Below, in pieces: positions 10,861 to 24,351 of a DNA stretch of 64,000 bases. Source of the DNA: Tubiluchus corallicola (taxonomy: Eukaryota; Animalia; Priapulida); NCBI GenBank assembly GCA_030141605.1, contig JAQGDQ010001004.1, forward strand, positions 1-64,000, read 5' to 3'. The notes beneath the pieces are model-generated. The model was given only the letters and a program-made list of their open reading frames with translations, was not told the DNA's origin and did not search any database. Both the position numbers and the translations under genes were made by a program. The stretch's first letter is position 1; the number at the start of each line of letters is the position of its first letter.

Positions 10861-13800
10861 AATGTCAAGAAGAGATGAAAAGTAGAGATGAGATAAAAGT
10901 ACCGGATTTTAATCACAAATGATATTGAGCAGAATCATAGTATGACGTTAAGTATTGAAAGTTATAGCTATTCCTATGAACAACATGCTTCAAATGAGCT
11001 GTGCCACTAGGTACTAACAGATTATTAACTGAAATTACCCAAATTTAATCTCCTTTGCCAAAAGAGCGCTTATCATGTCAAATCATTATCATGTCTTATC
11101 ATTGGTGCACACAGGGAGAGGTGCCAGAACAAGAGCAAGAAAATAAATTTTGAAAAATTCGGAAAAGTTTATTAAAAGACTGAAAATAACATGAAAGATT
11201 TTAACATGAAAGATTTTGTGCGAAATATCTCAAATCCAATGTGTAAACACAGATTCGTGTGTAACAACCCTGATTGTTTGAACAAATGCTATTGCAAATG
11301 TTTGACATAATAACTCTTTAGACCCGCGGTAAATTATGTCACGGGTTGTTGTGAAATACTAAACACGAATGAATAGTTTCCTGCATGTTTGTGAAGTAAT
11401 GAAATGTATTTCGAAAAATTCACACTTGTGCAAATACGTCAAACCTGGAAAAAGATGCCAAGATAAGAGTTAGGAACAACGATAGATTATAAATTAAATG
11501 GATTCATAATTTTTATTACTGAACGTATGAACTATTGTGGAGCTTGTAAAAGAATACTCTACGAAGAGTTTACTCTTACAAACATGGCAGGGCTAAAAAT
11601 ACAAAAACTGTTTGTTCCTGAAAGCTTGAAATAGGCACTCATGGTGTAGTGTAATTATTCGTTTACTTGGACAAGCAAAAGTTTGAAAAATTAAGTTTAT
11701 TTTAGCACCCCAAAAACAATAAGTTTTAACAACTGTGTACATAATTCTAAGTTTTTCCAAATTGACTTTTTGCATTTTGCAATAACTGACTCTATGTGAG
11801 CAACTAGAATTTAGTCACTCGTGACAGTTTAGTGGCTCATCTTACCTGTTAAAAACAAAACCTTATGAAATAAACTTTCATGCCTTCAATTTCAATGAAA
11901 CACAGAAAAGTAACAATCAGTATTCAACTAAATGATATAATGAAATAAGTTCTGTTGCTTTCTTCATTTTCAGTGTTTGTATATTTTTTTGCAAACCAAT
12001 GGATAAAAGATTTGCTTCAATGCCACTCTTTAGCTGAGGCTATTATTAACACGCCTAAGCAATTTTTCTTGCACCTGGGCGTGCATTCACAGAAAGTAAC
12101 AGCAACCATGGCAGCTAGCGTTGAACAGTTTTTTAAGCATATTTGATGTTTCAGTTGCGTAATATCCTTTCTGAAAACCTTATTAGCAATAGAATGCAAG
12201 TTCTTACATTTGACACTGATGACAATGAAATTAATTTGAATGATAATTCATCTGACATTGCATGGAGAATATAAAGTCTGTTTACCTATAATTAGTATGC
12301 GTTTATTTGTGTTATGCTAAAAAATTGCTAGCATTACAATAAAATTGCGATATTTTTTAATTGAAATTAACTTACAGCTAGTAACTGGCAGTTGCAGTTA
12401 TCGGAAAGACGGTGACAGTAACCTGTTAGATGCGTGTTAGATGCTGATAGATAAATTAATGTAGAAAAATGCAACACAGACATGCTGTACCTATGTTCAA
12501 AGTCAAGAGACTTAATATTTCTGACTCCTTGAAATTAATTTCGTTTAAAAATAGCTGCTGTTTTGCAAGTTTCTGTTTATAAAAAGTGCAATCAGTTTAT
12601 CTGTTTATTAGACATTAGTTGTGACTGTCATGTTGTTTAGTTTACTTTAGTTTTGTTTAGACGGTTGTTATCCAGTGTGAGCTGTTGTCCTGAATGTTGA
12701 TGACAACGCTTACGATACAGTGGGGGTGGAGCGAAAGACCAACGTGTTTGACGTCAGCTGTAGTGCTAGAAATAAGTAAACTGTCATATTGTGTTTCCAC
12801 CATTGCAAAATTCTTAGCAAGTAAACAAATTCAGTACTAAATTAACCAGCAAATAAATAAATGTGCACTATACTAGCTGGGGATGTACGCTGATACTTCT
12901 ACAGCGCACCTGCCCATTGTTATAATCAGCTGCGTCTAGGGAAGGGCAGACCCACCTGTAGCAAGAGGTTAAATTCCAGTACAATTTTCATAACACCTTC
13001 GTGACTCTATACAGCTGTTAATTTCCAAGCTCACAGTGATTTGAAGAGGCTTTTTACAAATTCTTGTGCACAAAAGAATGTTCTACAGTCTATATGTTGA
13101 TCAGGTTTAGGTACAAGCTATCATTTGGATATTAGAAGGCTTTGAAACGAAAATTCTGTGGAAATTCTTCAAACCTTATTTGTCATCCTTTAATTTCACC
13201 ATTGAGTCTAATTATTTTATTTTATTTACAGTAATAGAAAGTCTCTTTCAGAAAATATGAAGTTTTGCACTAGTAGTTCATGCAATTAAGCTGTTATGTG
13301 TATTTTTGTACGGAGTTGTCAAAACTTCACAAATATTTGTAGTCGTGAAGGAATTAAATTTCAAAGAAGATCACGATTTTTAGAAGTCCACATCTAAAGT
13401 GTTTTTGTGTTCATTTTGACTAATGTTTATTTACGTGATATAGGATGTTTTGAAACTTTCTCCTCTTATCCAAACGGCAATTATTAACAGGCAGTCTCAG
13501 GTTTAAATATCATAGCATACAAAAATTTTGAAAAGCTATTAAACTAGCAACCCAAAACTAAAAACTTAAACGTGATTATAGTCCTTTCAATTTTATCAAC
13601 AGAAACTTTACTTGAAACAGAAACGGTAGAATGCACTAGTGCACTAATACACCAAGGCGTTGTATTATTACAAGCATTAAGTTAACTTCCAACAGAAAAA
13701 ACAGAACATTCCACTGTTTTGTCCCAATCAGCTCAAATAGAGCTGCTTTTTGTCTTCTGTCACTTAGTGAGATAATGGAATAAGTGAGAGGTGATGTAAG

Positions 13801-14671
13801 GAGTAGCTAGTAATAAAGATTACGCATTACAAAAACTTACAACTAAAAGGATGGGTGGCTGCTAGAAAAATTCAGCCTTAAGAATCAGTATAGAAAGTCT
13901 TTGAGTGATAACTATAGAGTAATACTTGCATATTACCAAGATAATATTGATTCTATAAAATATTCTTCAGTTTTTCTTTATTTTTTTAGTACATTTTGAG
14001 GGCATTTTTTTTGTTCTGCTTTTCTTTTTCAAAAAATTTTATTACAGGTAGGCCATAATTATTTAATTAATTGTAAATTTGATTTTAATTTTTGGTTTTT
14101 CATGAAGTTTTGTAAAGAAGTTTGTATGTAATTATTTAAATAATTAATTATAAACTTTGCAAAATCTCTTGACACTAACTTTGTATCATGTATTGCATAT
14201 GAGTTATTGTAATGCAAGAAAAATTGGTTCATTTCCTTACATCTGATATTGTAAATGTACTTACTAAATGGCTGCTACTCCTCAACCCTTAGTCTCCCAA
14301 GTGCAGCCAACTGAGTGTTGCTAAGCTGTGCTCTGCAAACACACAGTTCTCCTCTTTTACATGTATACAAACGAGTATATACGAACACATAACACAAGGA
14401 TTTCTTAAAACAATTTTGTTATGTTTATAAGTAGTTGTGCTGTTTTAAGTTGAACGTTATTTAGATGTTTAAACTTAAATTATTGTAAATAGGAGGGTTT
14501 ATATTTAGTAGATTTTTTTAAAAAACTTAAAATATTTTTTGTCAAAATTTTACCGGAAAGATTTTGGATGTTTCCTCTCCTTATTAGTAAACAGTCTCAC
14601 ATTTTTGGTCTTACCGAAGTTGCAACATAATTATTACTTGAGGTAGTATTTTTCTGTGCACCTGCATGTGT

Positions 14672-14902
14672 AAGCAAACAGGTACCAAGCGTCAGTTGGC
14701 TGTGACGAATGATGACTATGCAATGGGTGCTCTTGTTGTGGCACACTCTCTCAAGCAAACAGGTATGATGCATAAGTTGATTGTGATGAACAATGACTAT
14801 GCAACGTGTGCACTTGTTGTGGCACACTCTCTCAAGCAAACAGGTACCAAGCACCAGTTGGTTGTGATGAACAAAGACTATGCAATGGGTGCTCTTGTTG
14901 TG
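14672..14902 (+). pseudogene. Tandem 81-bp repeat (~2.9 copies) of a glycogenin N-terminal fragment
   Basis: Units start at 14672, 14753 and 14834. Translation TNDDYAMGALVVAHSLKQTGTKHQLVVM matches the glycogenin (GT8) N-terminal motif TNDxYxxGALVLxxSL. The rest of the enzyme is absent. Confidence 0.8.
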
Positions 14903-15054
14903 TTCTGTTTTACAAACATTGCAAATAAGATTATAATAAAGTGCAGAGTTCGTGAAAGAAGAAATACCTGACTGTGTAAACATAGATTCTTCATCCCAGG
15001 GCATTTCGATCAACTTGAGAGATTTCACAAAGATTTAACATTCCTACAAAGGCA

Positions 15055-15320
15055 GCTTTCCCATCTTCAGTCCTTCCTAATAGCTCTCTCACCTTCAGTC
15101 CTTCCTAATAGCTCTCCCACATTCGGTCCTTCCTAATAACTCTCTCACCTTCTGTCCTTCCTAGTAGCTCTCCCATTTTCAGTCCTTCCTAATAGCTCTC
15201 CCACCTTCTGTTCTTCCTAGTAGCTCTCCCATTTTCAGTCGTTCCTAATAGCTCTCCCATCTTCAATCCTTCCTAATAGCTCTCCCATCTTCAGTCCTTC
15301 CTAGTAGCTCTCCCATCTTC
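15055..15320. repeat. 28-bp minisatellite (ttcagtccttcctaatagctctcccatc), ~9 copies
   Basis: Directly visible periodicity (unit starts 15066, 15094, ...). Confidence 0.95.
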
Positions 15321-15324
15321 CCAA

Positions 15325-15640
15325 AAAAACTGCAAAAGTTATACCTCTTATTTCTAGAGAATGGGAACGTTTCGTCTGCAGTGCCAGTAACGGCTAGATA
15401 GCTCGTTCAAAAGTCATGTGTGTTTTATAGTCATATTTAGTTCTTGCGGGAGGGCCACAGCGTCCCGTGACATGCGTTTTCCTGGACACAATCACGCAAA
15501 TTTTGCAGAAAACTGCTCAAACAGCCTACAGGAAAACTTAATTTGTGCAACTGTTTGGCCATGTTGCCTAATAGCCTCGCATAAAGAGGACAAAATGGTC
15601 CATAAAATGTTGGGGGTTTTTTGAGAGAGATGTCCACTAG
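15325..15640 (+). mobile_element. Diverged internal fragment related to the Helitron-like element at 24352-25033
   Basis: Colinear shared words gcaaaagttatac, tagatagc.cgttca, gagggccac.g.gtcccg, gcgttttcc.ggac, caaacagcct. Confidence 0.6.
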
Positions 15641-15662
15641 ACGCAAGAATGTTCTTTCCGGC

Positions 15663-15740
15663 GAAACAATAGTCACACATGGAGTCCCCCAGGGATCTAT
15701 TTTGGAACCTCTGTTGTTTTTAATATACATTTACTAACTT
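15663..15740 (+). mobile_element. LINE reverse-transcriptase fragment
   Basis: Translates ETIVTHGVPQGSILEPLLFLIYI (GVPQGSxLGPLLF motif). Confidence 0.8.
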
Positions 15741-17929
15741 ACAAAATAGAATTACTGATTTCAAATTCAATTTTTTTGTCTCTCTCAATTGCTTACAAAG
15801 TATATGAAATTAAAGTCTGTAAATTCAATTAACAAAAATTGAGACAGGGTGGCGAAGGGCCAGGGGGTCATCAAGCAGCCACCCCCATACAAATATGTTA
15901 TATTACATACCACGGTTTTTTTAATTTAACAATAAGAATAGTTATGTCAATTATTTGTGTGTCTGAGGAGACAATAATTTATTTTTCTGCAAATAGCGTT
16001 AAATCATTACAGATATTTTGAAGTTTATGGTGAGCAAAATGAGCAAATTTATGCAACATAATATTATTTTTAGAAATACAGTTTCGTGAAATGCAGTGTC
16101 GATTAACCACTCATTATAAAATAAATTAAATAAACTGGAAAGAACAAAAATAAACAGAAACCATACGTTACAATAACCTATAGTAAGAAACAAAAATATG
16201 AGCAAAACAAAAGAAAAAACAAATCAGAATGTAATCAGAACTTAAGTTAACTTGATGAAACAACAATTTTCTTATAGCCTTGCTAATTAACTCATTGAAA
16301 CCAGCTAGTACTTGCATGCTTAGTATTTACCATATAATAATAATAATAATAATAATAATAACAGTGACAATAATAATAATGTTAAAAATATTAAATGTGA
16401 TGAAAATATAATACCAGAATGTCCTGTCAGGTCTGTTCACACATTATGTATGAATGCATTACGCACATGCAGATGCGGGTTAGTAGTAGTTTAGACATTG
16501 GAAAGCCTGTTGTGATTGAACATAAGCATAAAAGTTCTAGCTTACGCACATTCTTCAGTTTTATGATTTTCAATTTATCTTAAATGGGTGTTTAACAGAA
16601 ATCTTTGTTATTATGCTAATTTTAGTGAAGACTCAATTATTTTACTACTTTCACTAATAATATGTTGAATGTGTGATATCACTGAAAGGTTTGAATCGAT
16701 TGAGCCAGGTTGTGTCTTAATTGATTACATTGTTAAATTTAATGCAATGTTTTTTATTTTTTGGGAATTGCCATATTATTTTTGGCATAATTTACAGACA
16801 TTTGATTAGACCGCATCCAAATGTTAACTTTGTGTACAAAAATATATTTTCGAAAGACAATATCACTGGACATTCTGTTTCCAGAAAATTGTTTTTTCCA
16901 GAAACAGGAAAAACAGGGTTAGGGTTTCTGTAAAATGTCCCTGAGGTGAGTCAGTGACATTTTACCAATTGGCAGGAACATTCTAAATTATTATTTCTAA
17001 TTACACATGTCTTTACAGCAGGTAGGGGAAATGGTAAGTAATACAGATTTGCATGGAAGTTTTTTGGGACAAAATTTAACATCATTTTTTCTTCCGTTGA
17101 CTAACGTTTATGCAGGTGACGTCATGTAATGTCACCGTAGGATCAGCATTGTAGGAGTAATTCTAAACAAACAAAAAAATCCCTTCAGAGCGATATATGC
17201 ACAAAATTGGTGTAAACCAGTATAATTTTAGGACGATTTTCTGAAACCTACTTCAGGTTCCCCCTTTCTTGTCGTTTAATTCCCTAACATGGTAGGAGAG
17301 AATCTAGGTAAAATTTTGGGGTATGAAGAGACGGGTTGGTTACGCTGGGAACAAATCTAAATACTTAATAATTGATTTTACTTCATCATTTGATTGGGTT
17401 AGTTAGCCAGCCACTTATTATTTAAGCAGTTAGTCAATTAGTGAATAATTACTTGCTTCAGTGAGCGAGTAAAGAAATAAAAAGAAAACAAAAAATAAGA
17501 GAACAAATAACTTGTATAAGTAAACAAAAGCTTACTGACAAGAGAACATTTAACTGTCTGAGAGAGTGACATGATATGATACGATTATTTTATTACAAAC
17601 TATAGTTCAGTTTACAAAATACAACATCACACATTTACAACAAAATTGCTAAACAAATAAAAAAAGAAAATTAATTGCTAAATTACAGTTTAATATGCAC
17701 TAATCATGAATAAGTGTTTGACTGATTAATTGACAGGAAGACTAACTGACTTAATTACTGTTTCACCAAAAGATAAACTGGTTGATTGACTGAATGACCA
17801 ACTAACTACTCAACTAGAAATGAATTTAACTAATTAACTATCTAATTAACCAAATAAGTTACCAATGTATCATCCAATGTCTTTAATCGATGGATTAAAT
17901 TAGCAACTTGACACAAAAAAATAAAACAA

Positions 17930-18480
17930 GCTGCAAACCCTCTATACTGCCAAACCTGCCATACTGCCAAATCCGCCACACTGTCGAACCTGCCATACCT
18001 GTAAACCCACTATACTGAAAAAACCTGTCAAACCTGCCATGCTGCCAAACATGTTAAACCTGCTAGCCCGCAATACTGACAAACCTGCTGTTTTGGATAT
18101 AAGCACGTGGTGCCTCCTGGTGTTTGTTTTTCCTATTTTAGACAGGTGAGCTAAGACAGGAAATAGGCCATTGGCCCCATTTCACAGTGAGGATATGAAA
18201 GAAGTGAGTCACCAGTATGCGGCAAAGTTTCATTTCTTTACATTTCGTCGTGTCATATTATTGTTAACTATCATTATACCAGTTACTTATTTTGACGTTG
18301 GTTTAGCAGAAATAATTTTTTTTCAGATAAAACGAAGTCCAACGCATGTCGCGTACAGCTGCCATACCCGCCATACTGCCAAACAAGCTAAACCTGCCAC
18401 ACTGACAAACCTGTCATACCCACCAAACCTGCCATAGTGCCAAAAATACCAAGGGTGCCATACCTGCCATACCACCAAGC
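17930..18480. repeat. Degenerate ~17-bp tandem array (caaacctgccatactgc) split by a ~270-bp insert
   Basis: Arrays at ~17930-18090 and ~18358-18480 flank unrelated sequence. Confidence 0.75.
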
Positions 18481-19029
18481 TTATCATATCACAAAGTTAA
18501 AACTAAATGATTGACTAACTATTCATATATATATAGATAATATATATATAATTATCTTTATTTGCCATTAAAATACATTGTTAATCACTGAATAAAAACT
18601 TTACAGAGATGGTCACTCAGTGTTAGTTAATAAAACCTTACACTGCTAAAGGCAAATGCGTCAGTGCAATCTAAACTACTGTGCTGTCATGGAAAGTAAC
18701 GATGAATAAAATCAAACTGGTTTACAAATATGCACAAAAAATGAAAAAAATATGAATGAATTAATTAATTAGCACAGGCGACCAACTGCCTAGCTTAGCT
18801 AACTAACTAATTAACAATCTTCACACAGTCACCTTTTTTGTACAGCACGAAGCCTCAAATCATTATATGTCCCCTGCTTTGCTTGTTGTGCTGCGTTTCG
18901 AAAAAAAAAGAATTAGTACGCCACTTACTGGCGCACTGGCACACACAGACGCTGCAAAATGGCGGACATTGAGAAAATTTGCCAGATGCTCTTTTTAACT
19001 TTTCAGTAAGTTTACAGTTAGATATTTCT

Positions 19030-20560
19030 TTGTTTTTGTTGCTACTTGCTAGACTGTGGCGCGATAAAAATATCGTTCTTTGCTAGCCCACAAACAAAAA
19101 TATTTCACGAAATATTAGTTAGTTTAAAAAAGTTGTTTTTTTATTAATAGGAGGTATGTTTCAACTTTTTTGCGTCAGTGTGTAGATAAAGGACGCAACT
19201 TACTATTGGATCCCTGCTTTCAGCGGTATTTCTAATTTGGGCGATCTGAGAGTGCCTTAAAGTTCCCTAAACTGTAATCAGGCCTTATATACAACCAAAC
19301 AATATTATTGTGTCATGATAGATCACAGTTCTACACGACCTATTTATGCAAAACAAAGTAAGTAATTTAAAACGATTGCTCATAAGATTAACACTTACCA
19401 TAAAACAAAGCGGCACAGCTATAAAGACAGAATTAGCTTGCTGATGCCTGACATAAACATTGTAAAGCAAATTCATACTCCATGCCATATTCCAGACAAA
19501 TCACGCGGATGACGTCACGAATGAACTTGAGCTACAGTAGCTGCTTACAACTTAAGGAGGCTTTAAATTCAATAAACACACAGGCGCTTTTTCACTTTTA
19601 CTGAAACAACGTTAATTTAAAACTTGCTTTATGAAATGCCACCATTCCATTTTTAAATCACCTTGCAGCCACAATCTGTTTATTAGACAAAATAGAAGCG
19701 TGACCACTTCTGTGGTTAAGTGCAAAGAATAAATTGTTTCATACAGAAACCAACATTTTCACTTTTCTAACAAAATCACACATTTTGCACTCAAAATCAA
19801 TATTATGCTTCACTAAAAGCTCTTCTATTTTCGCCTAGAGCACTGCTCACGCTTATAGCAAGACTGCAAAGCAAATGATTTGCTTGAGTTCTCTCGTCTT
19901 CACGCATCTGAAGGTTACGCCTATAAACTGACGAGTTGGAGTTGGTCACCATGACAGCCTTTTAACTCCGCCTCAGATTCATGCGCACTACAAATATAGT
20001 GCCAATAATGTTTGTTTGAACATGTTTAATAAACGCAAAGTTCTTCTTTAAGGACTTCTTTAAGCTTGCTCGCACATCCCATTTTTTATTCAAACTGTAA
20101 AATACTTCGTATGTGTTTATTAATTGCACATAATTTCGATTGAAATTGTAATACAACAATCGGGCATTACAAAAACTAGAATGGACATGTATGTCGTGAA
20201 AAGCTGTTCAGGTTTGTTCATTACACTCACATTTATGCAACTCTGGTATGTTCTTATGAAAATAAATGGCCTTGAATTGGATTATAATTGTCAATGTCAA
20301 TTTTCAAATTTGTGTTCCTTTTTTACGTTACGAAAAGCTCTTCAAAGTTGCACATTACAACCCAGTCAAAAAGTAACCAAAATAAATCCATTAAAATTGC
20401 GGATTTTAATAATCAACACTTCTGATCAGAATTGAATTTTTAATTTTAAAAATTGTTCCGTGACGTGGACCATTTTATGGCATGTTAGTAATAGAGCTAC
20501 AGCTGATTTCTGCAAACAAACATGTTTTTCACCCAAATTTGGTAAAATGCATCTCCTTCA
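19030..20560 (+). repeat. Duplicated block A, copy 2
   Basis: See copy 1; carries ~190 bp extra at ~19445-19640. Confidence 0.9.
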
Positions 20561-21249
20561 TATAACGCTTTCATATGCCGTTTGGCGAACTTTTGGCAAT
20601 TGTTTGGCGATTGTTTGGCGAACTTTTGGCGATTGTTTGTTGTGTAATGCAGAAATCTTTGCAGAAAGAAAACGAACTTTAAAACTAAATTATATTTAAT
20701 CTTAAATTTTAATTATATTAAAATTAAATTTCCCACATTAATAAAACAGATCCCTACGTTAAAAAAACGTAATCAATTTGGTCGATACTCTAAGAGGGAA
20801 AAACATGAGCAAAATATTTTTGAAAATCTATCAAGAACAAGTGAGGCACTTCCTTGAAAAAAATAACTAAGACACAAAAGTGTGTCAGACAAATAGCTGT
20901 GTGTAAAGTCAAGTTGACAGACATTATCAATGTGACTTTGTCACAATGATGCTGCGTTTGCTTTTTGATAGTCAGATGGTTTCTACCTTGGCAAAACTAG
21001 GAAGCTAAAACACGGATTTTGGCATTATGAATTTTATCAGAATTAAACACTTCCGTGCTGTGGCGCCACCTGCCCATAATCATTAACATTAAATTAAACT
21101 AAGCAAGCAGGTTGGCAGTTAATGCCCAGTGTTTGACAAGGATGGATCTGTAAAATATTCGACGACAAGAAATCACATATTAAACGTTAAAATTCAATTT
21201 AAGCTACATATTGAATTTGTCTGAAGTTTTTGTTCATGATAGTTTATAG

Positions 21250-21508
21250 GCAAAACAGATGTAATGGTGTATCATCCAGCTGAACAACTAGTGAATCCAT
21301 ATTATATTGTAAGATCAATAAAAGAAAATGATCACAGTGGAATTTATTGTGAGATGGATAATTTCTATACAGGTGAACATACTGGAACTCACATAGATAC
21401 TCCATGACACTCAATATGTTAATCACGGGATGTTAATGATCTGAGTTTAGACTAACTGACTGGAGAAGCTGTGACTGAAGACATTACTACTAAAATATAG
21501 AGAAATAG
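21250..21508 (+). pseudogene. Pseudo-exon of a cyclase-family metallohydrolase (KynB kynurenine formamidase/isatin hydrolase-like)
   Basis: After acceptor TTTATAG| one frame reads ...GIYCEMDNFYTGEHTGTHIDTP*HSIC*SRDVNDLSLD*LTGEAVTEDIT..., i.e. the HxGTHxDxPxH signature (21375-21410) with in-frame stops. Confidence 0.8.
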
Positions 21509-22149
21509 GGTAAAATACCTATTGCTAAAATACCTCGAAACACTGAATATGTATGATGTGCCTGCTTATGAGCAGATATGAGCAGTAGACTATGAGCAGA
21601 CATGAGCAGTAGACTATGAGCAGACATTGTTGTTTGAGGTACGCAAGACTGGGCTTGATGCAATTAAAACTGTCTTTGAAAATTTTGCCAATCTTCATTA
21701 ATTACCCTGAAGCGAAGGTCTTTTCAATACCAATGAGATTTATAGCACCAGGTAGAGATTTAACAATTACTGGAAGCGTATCTAAGTTTGTTATAAGCTT
21801 TACTGTTTTAATATGAAGCATCACAGTTTATGTTTTCCATGTTAACTGAAACTAATATCAACTACAGAATCAGTCCCAGCACTGGCTAACAAACTAAATA
21901 TAGATATTAACAAATTATAACATAAAATGCCGAATACCGAACCATTCGTGAGGCGCTGTCTGTACAAAGGAGGACTGATTAATTGTAAATCTTGTTATGT
22001 ATTTGAATTGATCACAAAACGACAATCACACAGCCCTACAAAAATGCGATTTTAACCTTCAACAATTTTCTCCAGAATTCGCATTAGAAACTTGTAATCC
22101 CGGCAAAACGCTGAATTGCATCAAGACCTCTTAAGACACGCTCCCAAGG

Positions 22150-22360
22150 GAGTTGTTGTTGTTGTCGTTGTTGTTTATCTTGTTGCAGTTGATATTGTTA
22201 TTGTGGTTATTGTTGATGTTGTTGTTGTTCTTTTGTTGATGTTGTTGTTGTTGTCGTCGTCGTTTTCATCGTCGTTGTTGTTCTTACTGTTGCTATTGTT
22301 GCTGTTGCTGCTGCTGATGATGATGGTGACTGTGATCATGACGATAATTATGATGATGTC
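22150..22360. repeat. Compound trinucleotide microsatellite (GTT/GTC/GCT/GAT)
   Basis: Directly visible. Confidence 0.9.
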
Positions 22361-23499
22361 ACATTTGGTGTTGTGGTTTTTCTAAAAGCTTTATGCTTTT
22401 ATACTAAAAATTCTGTACAGAAAAAATATTCTCTGCAGGCAAACTAATGCCAGGAGAAGTCTAGCGACCAGCTAAATCTCTTCCCATAGAATCTCGAGTT
22501 CTTATTTTGATCCATGAAAAGTCACCGGTCTGTCAGTTCTATTTACTTTACAATTTAATGTCAGTCTTAAGATGTTTGCAAACAACTATAATCGCAGCAG
22601 ATTCATAAAAAATTTCACCCAGCTTTATTTCTCAGACTTAGATTATTGAAGATTACAATCTCTTATTTCAGGCAACTCTTTGTATCTAGGACTTGTGCTT
22701 TTGCTGCAGCTCACAGTTCAAATACCTTCTAAACACTTAAACAATCTGAAAAGTTCTTACGTTAATGCAGACAAACAAAATTTGTTAGAAAATGACAACT
22801 TTGATTATAGAGCTTTCGACGATAAAGATTTACATCATAAAAGCCTGGATACATCATAAATTATAAAAACTCGTTACAAACTGAAGTTGTGTCAAAAAAA
22901 AGAAATTCTCTTGAAAGACATGATTTGGCACAGTTGACATGAAATGGTCAAGAAGCCATACATAATATTGTCACCAGCCATACATTCACCTTTCAATAGG
23001 TTGTGGAGGGACCGAATACTAGCTCATTATCAATGCTAGTCATCTGTCTTAAGCTTTTGTAACCTTTTCTCAAACATACATATTAAATATTATGTGCGTA
23101 ATTAATATGCTAATTAATTACAGGATTGTTTACTGTTATGCAGTTGATTTGTGTTTAGAGGGATAATTTATATTTACAATCCGTATAAGTTAAAATAGGA
23201 TACTATGTCAATTATGTAAACAATACTTTAAACAAGTTACTTTGCTCGACCTCTCCATCTCAGCAGAATCTCAAGAGAGATATTAATCATCAAGTTTTTT
23301 ACAGCCCTTTGTAATACAGCTTTGTAATATAGTTTTGTAATACAGCCCTTTGTTGTTTACAGAGGCTGACGTTAATAGAAACATTCAGTTGTTGTTTATA
23401 AAGTAAAAAATTCCTAGCAATCTCGACAAAAATTTGAACAAATTCGCAGTGTAAACCCGCCCTTATAAAGATTAAATTTCGTGTGAAATTAATCAAATC

Positions 23500-24340
23500 T
23501 GTAAACGTTCTATACTCAAAGAAACACTTTGATCTTCAGCAATCCTGACTGGAATTTAGTAAGACGTGAAATTTCGAGAAGCATTTACCAGAATTTACCG
23601 GGTCACGCTCAACAAAGAAAGTTGTTAATCTTTAGTAATTCCGTCTGGAATCTCTAGTAATATTTGAAATTTTGTGAATTATTGAGCTGAGATGCGGTTT
23701 ATGCCATCACGACCTCAACACACAAAGGAGAATTTTGATCCGTAAAACAAACATGTCTGCGATCAAACAAAAGCTCAATAATCTCTCTTATTAAATTGAT
23801 TCAGTAGATTTCATAACAATTTTGGCATCGTGAGAAATTGTGGGTAAACGACCAAACTTTAAACTCCCATCACAAACCGTTTATACAAACATGAAGCTAA
23901 AAACGTATGAGTTAAGGTTTCTTAAATGTTTGAAATTTCAGTAAATGTTTTGGCACTGCTATTGTTTCAGTGGTAATTGTAACTCATTACTTCTTTTTAT
24001 TTTATTATAATTCTGTAACGTACAAAACTGATGACTTCACAAAGATTTTAGAAGTCTACACTGTAATTGTATTAAACACATTTTTTATAAATAAACTGCA
24101 GGCGGGTTCATGTCTTGCATGAACTATTGGTGAAACTTGGATACTTGGTGAGTTACGTTTTCATTTGCTATGCTGATCCTGCTTGTTTACATCGTAGTCG
24201 ACGTAGAGAACGGATGTTTCACATATGAACATGGCTGAGACACCTCTAGCAGTTCAGTGGCTCATCTTCAAGAGTTGCCTTTGAAAATAAGCCAGAATCA
24301 ACTCAGACCACATCACAAACATCCCAACTTTTTGATACCA
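23500..24340 (+). repeat. Duplicated block B, copy 2
   Basis: See copy 1; homology stops just before the Helitron-like element. Confidence 0.85.
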
Positions 24341-24351
24341 TTATTTTAGCA

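Noticed and set aside
12661-12775. Exon-like plus-strand segment (GCYPV*AVVLNVDDNAYDTVG...)
   Set aside because: Short, contains a stop, and no family recognised.
15055-15320. 28-bp repeats as a CRISPR array
   Set aside because: Head-to-tail units without unique spacers, no cas genes, eukaryotic context.
20580-20640. TTTGGCG 12-bp repeats as an E2F site cluster
   Set aside because: More simply a short tandem slippage at a repeat junction; no linked gene.
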